A stretch of 64,000 bases of DNA from Chlamydiota bacterium. GTDB lineage: Bacteria; Chlamydiota; Chlamydiia; Chlamydiales; Rhabdochlamydiaceae. The first letter of the stretch is position 1, and every line of letters starts with the position of its first letter. The notes under the pieces were generated by a model that was not told the DNA's origin, ran no database searches, and was given only the letters and a program-made list of their open reading frames with translations. Made by a program: the position numbers and the translations under genes. Positions 17,508 to 26,805 of this stretch are shown piece by piece. Where the stretch lies: assembly GCA_003228815.1 (NCBI GenBank), contig QIGB01000011.1:174-64173 (forward strand), written 5' to 3'.

Positions 17508-18026
17508 ATGGAAAACAAAAAAATTAGTCGAAAAATAAATTTTCGCTTTGCATTTGCTAAATCATCTCAATGGTCGCTGATACATCAATGGTTGGAACAA
17601 AAACACATCAAAGACTGGCTCCACGGAGAAGGACTTCAAAACACTCTGAATGGGTTGGAAAAATTTTTTCATGGGACATCCAACACTACCTACTGGATCA
17701 GCTACGATAAAGAGATCCCTTTTGCCTTTCTGATTACTTCTCCAGAAGGAGATGATGCAATTACCTTGGATTTGTTTATCTGCGATCTAAATTATTTAGG
17801 AAAAGGACTCGCAGTGCCGATGATTCAGGAATTTTTGATCAACCAGTTTCCGAATGTAAAAAAGGTTATGATAGATCCTGAAGCGAGCAATGAGCGAGCT
17901 ATCCATGTATACCAGAAAGTTGGGTTTAAGATTGTTGGGGAGTTCAATGCCAGCTGGCATCCCGTGCCCCACTACCAAATGGAGCTTTATATGAAAGACC
18001 TTTTGGACGCAAAAAAACGAGAATAG
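17508..18026 (+). CDS. GNAT-family N-acetyltransferase, AAC(6')-like
   Basis: GKGLAVPMIQEFL...IDPEASNERAIHVYQKVGFKIVGEF is the acetyl-CoA binding core and resembles the AAC(6')-Ib TDPSPSNLRAIRCYEKAGF block. Confidence 0.7.
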   Translation: MENKKISRKINFRFAFAKSSQWSLIHQWLEQKHIKDWLHGEGLQNTLNGLEKFFHGTSNTTYWISYDKEIPFAFLITSPEGDDAITLDLFICDLNYLGKGLAVPMIQEFLINQFPNVKKVMIDPEASNERAIHVYQKVGFKIVGEFNASWHPVPHYQMELYMKDLLDAKKRE

Positions 18027-18133
18027 TAACTCAACTTGTCCATCGATGGTGAACAAATAAGTCCATGCGCTTTAAGCCAAGACATTCGTCGTGAACGTGA
18101 TCAATTGAGAAAAAAGGCAAAATATGGGTCTAA

Positions 18134-18292
18134 GAGTCTGTCTGTGAATTGCTTTTACCAGAGGGAACAAAGATTTTTTCCTTGGAAGATTTTCTGGAAA
18201 CCGGAGCGAGCTTTGATAAGCTCGTTGAAGAAAGGCTTCCAAGGGAAAAAGATTGTTTCCAATCCTGGTGAAATGAATTCACAGACAGACTC
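18134..18292. repeat. MITE-like hairpin element (159 bp), related to family B
   Basis: Perfect 17-bp TIR GAGTCTGTCTGTGAATT (18134-18150 vs 18276-18292), flanked by TAA on both sides. Has a nested internal palindrome (TTTTTCCTTGGAAG / CTTCCAAGGGAAAAA). Confidence 0.8.
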
Positions 18293-18328
18293 TAAAGCCA
18301 AGAGCCTTGACCAACCCGATGGAGGAAG

Positions 18329-18622
18329 ATGATTACTGTTATCGAAACCATAAAGGCCACCCAAGGAAAGGTAGATGAATTGAAAAAAGCTTTACTTAAG
18401 CTTGTTCCTATCAGTCGAAATGCTAAAGGATGTTTGCAATATAATCTTCTTGAGCCAGTTGACCAAGGTGATGAATTCCTTGTTCTCATGCGCTGGGAAA
18501 AACTGACCGATCTTCGAAGGCATGAGTCTTCAGATGATATTGCGGAGTTTGTGCGGAAATATGAAAAAATTCTTTATGACGAGGTAAAGGTAACTGAGTG
18601 GAAGGAGCTGCCTGTTCGATAA
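18329..18622 (+). CDS. Antibiotic biosynthesis monooxygenase (ABM) domain protein, YgiN-like
   Basis: 97 aa. The pattern ITVIETIKA..G..DELKKAL..LV..SRNAKGCLQYNL....D...F.V...W is typical of the ABM ferredoxin-like fold. Confidence 0.65.
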   Translation: MITVIETIKATQGKVDELKKALLKLVPISRNAKGCLQYNLLEPVDQGDEFLVLMRWEKLTDLRRHESSDDIAEFVRKYEKILYDEVKVTEWKELPVR

Positions 18623-18659
18623 TCATAGCGCCTATTTATTGAATTTGCAAAACAACCTC

Positions 18660-20240
18660 TTAGGAGATGTGTTTGAAGTATGCAGCCCCTAATGGGAAGC
18701 CTTTCTCATCAATCGGTTTATTCGAACGCTTTGCAGAAAATTGATCGATCATTTTCAGAGCGAGGACTTTTCCCAGCTGCACGCCCTCTTGATCAAAAGA
18801 ATTGATGTTCCAGATAAAGCCCTGAAAAGCCACTTTGTGCTCATAGTAGGCCAAAATCATGCCCAGAGTATAAGGATCAAGGCGACTTCCAAGCAAAATC
18901 CGATTCGGACGATTGCCCCGAAAATCCTTGTTAGGATTTTCACTCTTCTGCCCAGTTGCCAGACCAATCGACTGAGCAATGAGATTCGAAAGGAGCTTTT
19001 CCTGACAACTAGATTCCTTAAAAACCACATCGGCATTGTATTGGCTATTGATGAAGCCAATAAATTCAAGAGGAACGACCGTTGTCCCCTGATGAATCAG
19101 CTGATAGAAAGAATGTTGGCCATTGGTTCCCGGCTCACCCCAAATGATAGGTCCCGTTTCAAATTCGACAGGTTGTCCTGACTTGTCGATATGTTTTCCA
19201 TTCGACTCCATATCTAGCTGCTGCAGATGGGCAGGAAAACGAGAAAGAGCCTGCGAATAAGGAATGATGGCAACTGTCGGAAGACCCAAGAAATTCCGAT
19301 TCCAAATTCCCAACAAAGCAGATAACAAAGGCAAATTTTTTCCGGGATCCTCTGTCTTGGCAAGCTTATCCATAGAAGAGGCGCCATGTAAAAAATCGAG
19401 AAAGCGATCCATTCCAAAAGCAAAGGCCAGAGTCACTCCCCCAACCATCGATGTCACAGAATAGCGACCACCCACGTAGTCCCAAATATAGAAAGAAGCC
19501 AGATAACGGCTTGGGTCATCCATAGGACTTCCCTTGCCTGTGACAGCCACAAGATGATTTTGAGGATTTAGCCCCGCTTTTTTGAGTTTCTCCACAATGT
19601 AGGCTTCATTCGTGAGGGTTTCAAGGGTACTGCCTGATTTAGAGACTACAACAAAAAGAGTCTTGGAAAGATCTACCTGTTCAAGAACAGCAGCCGCATC
19701 ATCGGGATCGACGTTGGAAATGAAATGCACGTTGCGATCAGGCTTTTGAAAAGCTTTTAGACCGAGGTAAATGGCTCTTGGACCCAAATCTGAACCCCCA
19801 ATGCCTATTTGGACCAGGTCGGTATAACGATCTCCAGTCTCCTCAAAAAACTTTTTTAATTTTTCACATTCCTCATAGGCCAAATCGGTAGCTTCTTTCG
19901 CTTTAGTACGCTCTTCTCTCTGATCAAAAAAGTCGCGCATGGCCGTATGCAAAACAGCTCGATTTTCACTTTCTACACCGTTGATCTTGTTGATCGTTTC
20001 GCCCGCTTGCATCGAGTGCATTTTTTCTACAGCTTTCGTTTCTTTAGCAAGCTGAAAAAGAGCCTCTAGAACAAGTTTATCAACCCTTTCGGTGGCGTAA
20101 AAAAGTTTTAGCCCACAGCCTTCTGCAATCATCTGATCAATTCTCTTAGGATTCAGTTCTCCTTTCGCGGTCAAATCAATGGGATTTTCAGAAAGTTCTT
20201 TGAGTCTGCTATAGGCAGAAAGTTCTGTGAATTTGTTCAT
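18660..20240 (-). CDS. pgi: Glucose-6-phosphate isomerase
   Basis: 526 aa. Blocks IGIGGSDLGP, VVSKSGSTLET, GGRYS, ESNGK and GTNGQHSFYQLIHQG are PGI signatures. Confidence 0.95.
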   Translation of the reverse strand: MNKFTELSAYSRLKELSENPIDLTAKGELNPKRIDQMIAEGCGLKLFYATERVDKLVLEALFQLAKETKAVEKMHSMQAGETINKINGVESENRAVLHTAMRDFFDQREERTKAKEATDLAYEECEKLKKFFEETGDRYTDLVQIGIGGSDLGPRAIYLGLKAFQKPDRNVHFISNVDPDDAAAVLEQVDLSKTLFVVVSKSGSTLETLTNEAYIVEKLKKAGLNPQNHLVAVTGKGSPMDDPSRYLASFYIWDYVGGRYSVTSMVGGVTLAFAFGMDRFLDFLHGASSMDKLAKTEDPGKNLPLLSALLGIWNRNFLGLPTVAIIPYSQALSRFPAHLQQLDMESNGKHIDKSGQPVEFETGPIIWGEPGTNGQHSFYQLIHQGTTVVPLEFIGFINSQYNADVVFKESSCQEKLLSNLIAQSIGLATGQKSENPNKDFRGNRPNRILLGSRLDPYTLGMILAYYEHKVAFQGFIWNINSFDQEGVQLGKVLALKMIDQFSAKRSNKPIDEKGFPLGAAYFKHIS

Positions 20241-20309
20241 ACCCCCAAAATGACATAGTCAAGATTTTTTGAACATCTTGTTTTAAAAGTCACTAGAAAA
20301 TACACTATG

Positions 20310-20466
20310 AGACCGTTGCGAAACTGCTTTCGCCGGAGGGATTTTGAATTTTTTGGATTAATCGTCCTTGGAATGCAGAGCAAGCTCATAGGGAGCTTGT
20401 GTAGCATGAAAGGTCGATTTAGCCGAAAAAGGCTCCAAGACGGAGGAATGAGTCACGCAACGGTCT
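20310..20466. repeat. MITE-like hairpin element (157 bp) flanked by a 7-bp direct repeat
   Basis: TIR AGACCGTTGCG (20310-20320) vs CGCAACGGTCT (20456-20466). CACTATG sits immediately outside both ends (20303-20309 and 20467-20473). The element ends 14 nt before tRNA-Pro. Confidence 0.7.
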
Positions 20467-20480
20467 CACTATGTACTCAT

Positions 20481-20555
20481 CGGAGTATAGCGCAGCTTGG
20501 CTAGCGCAACTGCTTTGGGAGCAGTGGGTCGGGGGTTCAAATCCCTCTACTCCGA
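20481..20555 (+). tRNA. tRNA-Pro (UGG)
   Basis: CGGAGTA-TA-GCGC...; anticodon arm ACTGC-TTTGGGA-GCAGT gives anticodon TGG; T loop GTTCAAATC; acceptor TACTCCG plus discriminator A; no CCA. Confidence 0.85.
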
Positions 20556-20563
20556 CTGAAGGG

Positions 20564-21301
20564 TCAAGTCGAAAGACTTGGCCCTGATTTTTTCTGTGAC
20601 AAAACAAATTGCATATAGAAAAATTTCCTTTCTTTTTCTCGCCATAAATTTTCGAACCAAGAATGTCCATAATCTTCCCACTGTTGTACATAGTAGGGCT
20701 TGGGAAAACAAGTTTTCCATTTTTCATGGGCAAGCATCACCTCGATCATCTGCGCACTATAAGCCGCATCATCCGTTGCATAGATCGCTTTGCCCCCCGT
20801 TTTGATCGCATCAGCAAGTTCATCCACAAAAGATTTTTGAATGAGACGGTGCTTTGCATGTCGATCTTTTGGCCAAGGATCAGGAAAATTCACATAGACC
20901 TCATCAACAGAATTTTTCGGCAGGTAATATTTTGTGAAAGTCTGTGCCTCTCCACATACAATGAGCAGATTTTTGACTGACAAATTGTGCATCTTGGACC
21001 AGATCTTGCGGACCCGATTAAATTGCATTTCCACAGCAATCCAAAATTGAGAAGGATTTTCCTGTGCTTTCAGAATGACCCAGTCCCCATTGCCTGAGCA
21101 ATATTCGATGCAGATAGGCCCCTCTTTTGGGAAAAGACCTTTTGGAACCTCCCATTTTTCATGCTGGTCATAATATTGTGGGACGATGAGAACACCCTCG
21201 TAGAGCATGGGTTTTCTCTCTTCCCAAGTGAAAGGAAATTTTAAGTGTTTTGGGCGCATGAGAAGACAATTATACCTTTCGGAATAGAATTTGTTGAACA
21301 A
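20564..21301 (-). CDS. trmB: tRNA (guanine-N7)-methyltransferase
   Basis: IEYCSGNGDW (SAM-binding) and VNFPDPWPKDRHAKHRL are the TrmB signature. Confidence 0.85.
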   Translation of the reverse strand: MFNKFYSERYNCLLMRPKHLKFPFTWEERKPMLYEGVLIVPQYYDQHEKWEVPKGLFPKEGPICIEYCSGNGDWVILKAQENPSQFWIAVEMQFNRVRKIWSKMHNLSVKNLLIVCGEAQTFTKYYLPKNSVDEVYVNFPDPWPKDRHAKHRLIQKSFVDELADAIKTGGKAIYATDDAAYSAQMIEVMLAHEKWKTCFPKPYYVQQWEDYGHSWFENLWREKERKFFYMQFVLSQKKSGPSLST

Positions 21302-21359
21302 TTTCTACTCGAATTGTTAAGGTAAAAATTTCAATGGTACCTACCCAAAGAGGATCATC

Positions 21360-22409
21360 ATGAGATGGATCAGCTTAGTGATAATGAATCTGCTCTGCTT
21401 TGCAAGCCTTCAGGCTCTCGATTTTGACGAAGCCTTTGAAACTGAAGAAATGCTCACACTCGACAGTGAAATCGAGGCCTTGCTCGAAGAAGAAGGATTT
21501 GAACAGCCCGAGCTCACTCCACAAATTGGAGTCAGAAATTATGATGAGCTAGATGAAATCTTCAGTGATGAAGCATTTTTAGAGCCAGAGATCGAAATAC
21601 GAAAAACCCCCCTCCCGATCAAAAGCAATCAGCAAAAATTAGAAGTAAAAGAAGCGGAAAGTGATTCCATCGCAGTAGAAGTCGACAAAATGATCGCTGA
21701 AGAAGAACCCATGGTCGTTGCCAACGCTCCTTTGATAGATACCATCAAAGAAGAAGCTACCAAAACAGTTCAAGCCATCGAGATCAATATTCGGCAAGTT
21801 TTTTCCGGCTCTCCGATTATCTATTCTATTCTTTTCCTACTTTCTGCGATTTCTGTTTGTGTTTGGCTCTACAGCATGTTCACCATTCGATCCGTTGAAT
21901 TCTTACCCCCGAAACTCATCAAAGATTTGCGCACCAAATTGATCAGCAACAAATTTGATGAAGCACTCGATCTCTGCGTGAAGCAGAAACACTTTTTCTG
22001 CAAAATGCTCGCTTCCGGAATCCTTGCTCGCAGACACGGACTTAATGTGATGGTCGACACGATGAAATCAGAAGGAAAGAGAAGCACCATCTCCTTCTGG
22101 CAAAGGATCAACATCTTGAATGAAGTCGCAATCATCGCCCCCATGCTTGGCCTTTTAGGAACCGTTCTCGGAATGTTTTATGCTTTCTATGATCTCAATC
22201 GCTCCATCGAAAGCGTATCCTTGCTCTTTGATGGATTGGGAATTTCTGTAGGAACCACCGTAGCCGGACTAATCGTTGCCATTTTGGCCATGATCCTCTA
22301 TTCCGTTGCGAAATATCGCCTCGTCCGCATTCTGGCAAATGTGGAGAACGAAGCGCATACCTTTGCAACCTTAATCGATGTGCGTGGCCCCAATTACTTG
22401 GAGAAATAA
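21360..22409 (+). CDS. tolQ: MotA/TolQ/ExbB proton-channel family protein with a long acidic N-terminal extension
   Basis: The C-terminal approx 200 aa has three TM segments and the block APMLGLLGTVLGM..F. The N-terminal approx 140 aa has a signal-like leader followed by a Glu/Asp-rich region. Confidence 0.8.
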   Translation: MRWISLVIMNLLCFASLQALDFDEAFETEEMLTLDSEIEALLEEEGFEQPELTPQIGVRNYDELDEIFSDEAFLEPEIEIRKTPLPIKSNQQKLEVKEAESDSIAVEVDKMIAEEEPMVVANAPLIDTIKEEATKTVQAIEINIRQVFSGSPIIYSILFLLSAISVCVWLYSMFTIRSVEFLPPKLIKDLRTKLISNKFDEALDLCVKQKHFFCKMLASGILARRHGLNVMVDTMKSEGKRSTISFWQRINILNEVAIIAPMLGLLGTVLGMFYAFYDLNRSIESVSLLFDGLGISVGTTVAGLIVAILAMILYSVAKYRLVRILANVENEAHTFATLIDVRGPNYLEK

Positions 22410-22410
22410 A

Positions 22411-22878
22411 ATGAGCGCCATGATTCCCGATGATGAAATCAAGATCCGAAGGAGTCTCAATCTCGCTCCGATGGTCGATTTTCTTTTTCTCATTTTAGCG
22501 GTCTTTGCCATATTGGCCGTGACCAGAACAGCCCTATACGATAGTGAAGTCAATCTCGTCAAAATGGATAGCAAGACCCCTCCTCCCACAATGGCAGATG
22601 CACAATCTGGTCACACCGTTTTATTGAGCATCAACAATAAGGGGCAATACAAATGGGTCACTGAGTTCAACGAGTTTCTTCTCGATGGAACCACAGCCGT
22701 CAAACATGAACTTCTCAAACAACAAGAGCTAGGCCTTTTGCCCGAAGACAAATCCAAAACGAAAGTCCTCCTCCATATCGATAAGAGCGCCAATTGGGAA
22801 TCCATCGCCACTGTGATATTTGCGATCAAAGAAATGGGCTATCAAATCAGCCCCGTTTACACTCCAGATAGCTCTTGA
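22411..22878 (+). CDS. tolR: ExbD/TolR biopolymer transport protein
   Basis: LNLAPMVDFLFLILAVF is the ExbD/TolR TM signature. ATG lies 1 nt after the tolQ stop, with GGAGA upstream. Confidence 0.85.
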   Translation: MSAMIPDDEIKIRRSLNLAPMVDFLFLILAVFAILAVTRTALYDSEVNLVKMDSKTPPPTMADAQSGHTVLLSINNKGQYKWVTEFNEFLLDGTTAVKHELLKQQELGLLPEDKSKTKVLLHIDKSANWESIATVIFAIKEMGYQISPVYTPDSS

Positions 22879-22920
22879 AAAATATGACATTTCTCGTTAT
22901 GCTGAATTGCTATATTTTAT

Positions 22921-23001
22921 GCCCAGGTGGTGAAATGGCAGACACGCCAGATTTAGGATCTGGTGCCGAAAGGCGTGGAGGTTCGAGTCCTCTCCTGGGC
23001 A
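22921..23001 (+). tRNA. tRNA-Leu (UAG)
   Basis: GCCCAGG-TG-GTGAAATGGCAGACAC; anticodon arm CCAGA-TTTAGGA-TCTGG gives anticodon TAG; long variable arm; T arm GGAGG-TTCGAGT-CCTCT; acceptor CCTGGGC plus A. Confidence 0.85.
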
Positions 23002-23111
23002 AACAGGAAGCCTCAAAAGTGAAATACCAACTGAATTCCACAGAAAAACGACCCAAAATTCTCTAAATATGGAACGTTTAAGAAAAAACGTCCCAAACTT
23101 GAGACATTTAT

Positions 23112-23471
23112 TTAAAAAAGTTTGCTTCCGATCTTTGCATTGGCTTCAGGAGAAATGAACGTGGCTTCACCACTTTCAGCCTTGGGAAATTGAACACCGA
23201 GAATCAGCACTTCTGAAACGACATCGCCAATTTGTCTTGGGGAAAAATTCAAGACTCCGAGAACTAAGCGATCTTTGAGCTTCTCGGGATTGTGCTGGGT
23301 AAATCGTCCAATACTCGTCTTGATCCCAAATTTTCCAAAGTCTACTTTCATTCGATAGGAACGCTTAGGTGCTGATGGCTCTTCTATGACTTCAAGTACA
23401 CGACCCACACGGATTTCTAACAAATCAAAGGTGTCTTCCTTTTCAACGATAGGTTTTATTTCTTTAAGCAT
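23112..23471 (-). CDS. tRNA-binding domain protein (CsaA / EMAP-II-like OB fold)
   Basis: LLEIRVGRVLEV.E.P.A.K.SY.MKVDFG....TS.G.....P..L....VLGVLNF.PRQIG...SEVLILGV matches the CsaA/Trbp111 pattern. Confidence 0.75.
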   Translation of the reverse strand: MLKEIKPIVEKEDTFDLLEIRVGRVLEVIEEPSAPKRSYRMKVDFGKFGIKTSIGRFTQHNPEKLKDRLVLGVLNFSPRQIGDVVSEVLILGVQFPKAESGEATFISPEANAKIGSKLF

Positions 23472-23541
23472 TATCTACCTCCAAGAGAGAGAAAAAAGAT
23501 ATAGATTTTTCAAGTTTAAGACAAGTAAGAAGGCGGAGGTT

Positions 23542-24603
23542 TTATTTCACGCCTTTGAGGAAAACTCTCATTTTATCGACCGAAAAGAAAAGAAGCCCCA
23601 ATTGAAAGCGAGATAAATAGTGAGAAAGATGGCGAGAAAGAAATGGTTTCATATTGTTCTGTTCAGGATTAAATTCCTCTTTATGTGCTTGATAATATTC
23701 ATCGAAATAGGGTTGATAGACATTTTGCCAAAGAAGATAAGCTGTAGTGGCTCCTGTAATCGTCCTAAGCGCAAAAGTATGTCCTGGAAGCAAGCATTCC
23801 ACAGCCCTTTCAAGATATGAATAGGCGAACAATCCCAATCCAGTTTTTAAAACAGCTCGATCGATTATAGGAACGATAAAGTCCAAAGTAGAATTTGCAG
23901 AATTACATACAACAGTTTTCCGAATCTCCGTTTCACGTTTCTCAATAACTTTGATCGCAACATCCGAAAATCCCTGTTTAACATTTTCTCGTGCATTACG
24001 AATAATATCTCGTAAATATTTAAATACTTCGAATTGTGGATTCGCAGTGATATATTGAAAAAACAGATCTAAAATGCGTATTGCATAATCAACAAGGGCA
24101 AGAGCCACTCCTTTTATTTTCAAACGAACTGAATTCAAGAAAATGACCAGTCTTCCTTTAGATTGCGTCGCTTGCTTCATATAATTGTCAAAAGATACGT
24201 TTTTCATGAAGACCTTCAAGCTTATGGGAAGCTGAGCAATCTGATTGGCCTCTTTCACCCAATCATAAAGATGTTGACCAATAGAAATACAAGATTGATC
24301 GATAAAATGGAGATAGGGATTTTGTGTTGGTTTGCGTTTAGCCATCCAAAGAGAGAGATCCTCGATCTTTTTGCCACAGTAGAGAAGCGTTTCGGTTGAA
24401 AAGGGATCTTCCCATAGATTCTCCTCATATGGTTTTAGACGCATGACAAAACTTGCACAAATTCGACTCAAAAGAGGGCCATTGCTTATATATTTCGATT
24501 TCAAATATGGAATCGCCTTCTTAGAGAAATCATCACTAAGGATGTTGAGAAAATTATTTCCTCGGTCCAAAAATGTAAGAAATGACTGTTTAGTTTCGAG
24601 CAT
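23542..24603 (-). CDS. Hypothetical protein (353 aa), paralogue of 24750-25889
   Basis: Long ORF that aligns by eye with its neighbour (WEDPFSTETLL / WNDPISTERML; FDEYYQAHKEEFNPE / FYEDYDENFNPE). No family recognised. Confidence 0.6.
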   Translation of the reverse strand: MLETKQSFLTFLDRGNNFLNILSDDFSKKAIPYLKSKYISNGPLLSRICASFVMRLKPYEENLWEDPFSTETLLYCGKKIEDLSLWMAKRKPTQNPYLHFIDQSCISIGQHLYDWVKEANQIAQLPISLKVFMKNVSFDNYMKQATQSKGRLVIFLNSVRLKIKGVALALVDYAIRILDLFFQYITANPQFEVFKYLRDIIRNARENVKQGFSDVAIKVIEKRETEIRKTVVCNSANSTLDFIVPIIDRAVLKTGLGLFAYSYLERAVECLLPGHTFALRTITGATTAYLLWQNVYQPYFDEYYQAHKEEFNPEQNNMKPFLSRHLSHYLSRFQLGLLFFSVDKMRVFLKGVK

Positions 24604-24749
24604 CTTTATTCTTTATTAATATAATATACTAAAAGCTCCATTATACTATATTAATGTATTTAGAAACAATGGCTTAAAATTAGTTGTTTACAACCCAAGA
24701 TGATTTCCCTCTTTTTTTCTATGAAAAAGCGAATAGTAATTTGAGTTGT

Positions 24750-25889
24750 TTATACGAATTTTTTCTTGAGACGAGAAACGATTGCCCCAAAATTCTTCTT
24801 GTCGAAAAGACTGCGAATCTCAAACATCGTTGACGCTTCTGGATTAAAATTTTCATCATAATCCTCATAAAACCCTTGAAGCGTAGGAGTCATACAGCGC
24901 ACCCATAAATAGGCACCTGCTATTGTGAGAACCTTGGGAAGGACTTGAACGACTACAGGCGGAAGGTCATGAGCCCCAGTAAAATGCGTATATGCATGTT
25001 TTGCAAGGAGATAAGTCCCCGCTCCAATACAGACTTTTAAACCGGAGCTAACACCAAATCTAATCGTTTGACGAGCAGCGACTTCCGTTACTTTAGCCAC
25101 CACTTGATCTCGGATTTTTTCTTCTCCTGATTCAATTACCTTATGAACTACTTTTTGAACTACCTTCTGAACTTTATCTAACAGAGAGTTATGAAGCCTC
25201 TCACGAGCTTTTTCCAAGAGATCTGAAAGTTTTACAAGCCCCTTCTCGACAAGTGGCATATATTGAAGGGGTATTCGAACAGCACAAATAATGCGTTGGA
25301 TTAGGGCTAAAATGGCAATTTTGACTCTTGCGGTTCCCCTTTTTATCCACATCCAAGCTCTTCCAGCTAAAGAGGTTGGTTTCTCCTCTCGATTAGGAAC
25401 TTCAACTTCAGCTTCAACTACAACGGGAGGATGGAGATAATCTCGCAATCCTTTAGGAATACTTAAAAGGGCATTGAGGTCTTTTGCCACGATATAGGCG
25501 TGACGAGAGGCAGAAATGAGTGCCCTATCCAGATAATAGAAGAAAGGCAGAGATATGGGCTTTCTAACCGCATTGACTCTTGCCTTTGCCTGCACCCAGT
25601 GGCCAATTTCGAGCATCCTCTCTGTCGAAATAGGGTCATTCCAGAGCGCCTCCAGCCTTGAACTAATTCTAGTAGAGAAAAAACGCGTGATTTTTATAGC
25701 TGCCTTTCCCATGGGCTGGTAAGTAGTCGGTTTCATAAGAAAGTTTGTTATGCGACAAGAGAGGGGGTAAATGATGCGGTTTTCCGGATTTAAATAAGAG
25801 GCGTTTTCCCTTCGAATTTGATTGTTATCCTGAAATTCTTGGTATTTTCCCCAAAGACCTCTATAATAATCGACATTATGAACACTCAT
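24750..25889 (-). CDS. Hypothetical protein (379 aa), paralogue of 23542-24603
   Basis: Long ORF with the same block order as its neighbour. It has moderately hydrophobic paired segments near the C-terminus. Confidence 0.6.
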   Translation of the reverse strand: MSVHNVDYYRGLWGKYQEFQDNNQIRRENASYLNPENRIIYPLSCRITNFLMKPTTYQPMGKAAIKITRFFSTRISSRLEALWNDPISTERMLEIGHWVQAKARVNAVRKPISLPFFYYLDRALISASRHAYIVAKDLNALLSIPKGLRDYLHPPVVVEAEVEVPNREEKPTSLAGRAWMWIKRGTARVKIAILALIQRIICAVRIPLQYMPLVEKGLVKLSDLLEKARERLHNSLLDKVQKVVQKVVHKVIESGEEKIRDQVVAKVTEVAARQTIRFGVSSGLKVCIGAGTYLLAKHAYTHFTGAHDLPPVVVQVLPKVLTIAGAYLWVRCMTPTLQGFYEDYDENFNPEASTMFEIRSLFDKKNFGAIVSRLKKKFV

Positions 25890-25948
25890 AACGAAGCATT
25901 ATATATTCTAACCAACTAATTGTAAATTAATTAAAATTTTTAATAACC

Positions 25949-25984
25949 AAAAAAAATAAAAAACACCTGCCAAAAGGCAGGTGT
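25949..25984 (-). terminator. Rho-independent terminator downstream of the 26015-26644 gene
   Basis: On the minus strand: ACACCTGCC-TTTT-GGCAGGTGT (9-bp GC-rich stem) followed by TTTTTATTTTTTTT. Confidence 0.8.
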
Positions 25985-26014
25985 CTTGTACAAGCAGAAT
26001 GAAAAGTCGCTAGC

Positions 26015-26644
26015 TTATTTCTTGTTCAATTCCTTGATTTCATCCAAGTTGCATTCGATTTCAGATTTCATAACGAAGAATTCAGAAGCAAATTTAGTCT
26101 TCTCATCTAAGTCTTTAGTTGAAATAAAACGTCCTTGCATTTCCATCATCTCGTTTTGAATATGAACGTTGCGTGTTTCGAGTTCATTGATTCTCTTGAT
26201 ACGCTCTTCGTTTTTGAGATAGATCTTTAAAATCTCACCTGTATTTCGAGCAATGATGATTTTTCGATGCTCGATATCAGCTAAAATTACAAGAGGATCG
26301 CAGCAATCTACAACTTCTTCTTCTTTAGCTGAGATCTCTCTTTGCAAGTGATCGTTTTCTTCTTGAAGCTCGCGAACTCTTTGAACGCTTGGGCCTTGAA
26401 GATTCAATCGATCGTGACCAGCATAAAACTGAGCACGGTCGCCAGCAGAGAAATTCTGAGTGGTATTAGCAGCGCTGTTAGGGCTGAGTTTTGCACTTTC
26501 AGCGAGAATTGCTTCCATCTCATTTTTGATTTCTTCTTGTTTTCTTCCTTGAACAACAGGAGCTTTAACTTGCGTCTTAGACGCTTTTCTATTATCGCCT
26601 CCGCTGTTAGAGTTTGCACGTGCAGGCATAAATTTTTCCTCCAT
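26015..26644 (-). CDS. Coiled-coil protein (209 aa; possibly starting at the second ATG, 26629)
   Basis: Heptad-like, Glu/Lys-rich sequence after a disordered Ser/Asn/Gly-rich N-terminus. GGAGGA lies 7 nt upstream of ATG 26629, and a terminator follows the gene. Confidence 0.6.
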   Translation of the reverse strand: MEEKFMPARANSNSGGDNRKASKTQVKAPVVQGRKQEEIKNEMEAILAESAKLSPNSAANTTQNFSAGDRAQFYAGHDRLNLQGPSVQRVRELQEENDHLQREISAKEEEVVDCCDPLVILADIEHRKIIIARNTGEILKIYLKNEERIKRINELETRNVHIQNEMMEMQGRFISTKDLDEKTKFASEFFVMKSEIECNLDEIKELNKK

Positions 26645-26805
26645 AAATATATATATTCGACGGTTCCATCATGGTAAGATGCTTCCAACATTCAGATGGT
26701 TTTTATTCCTTACCTATAATCTCATTCTAATAAATAAAAATTAAAATTGTCAAATTAATATTGTTTAATAATTTCCGTCTTTAAAAACTAAATAGTTAGG
26801 AAAAA

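Noticed and set aside
18036-18364. ORFs 18036-18332 (+), 18155-18364 (-) and 18292-18489 (-) in the GNAT/ABM intergenic region
   Set aside because: The region is occupied by the 159-bp hairpin element (18134-18292). The ORFs read through both repeat arms and have no recognisable family or RBS, so I treat the region as non-coding.
20307-20733. ORFs 20307-20504 (+) and 20419-20733 (-)
   Set aside because: They overlap the hairpin element, the tRNA-Pro gene and the 3' end of trmB. The tRNA and trmB calls are much better supported.
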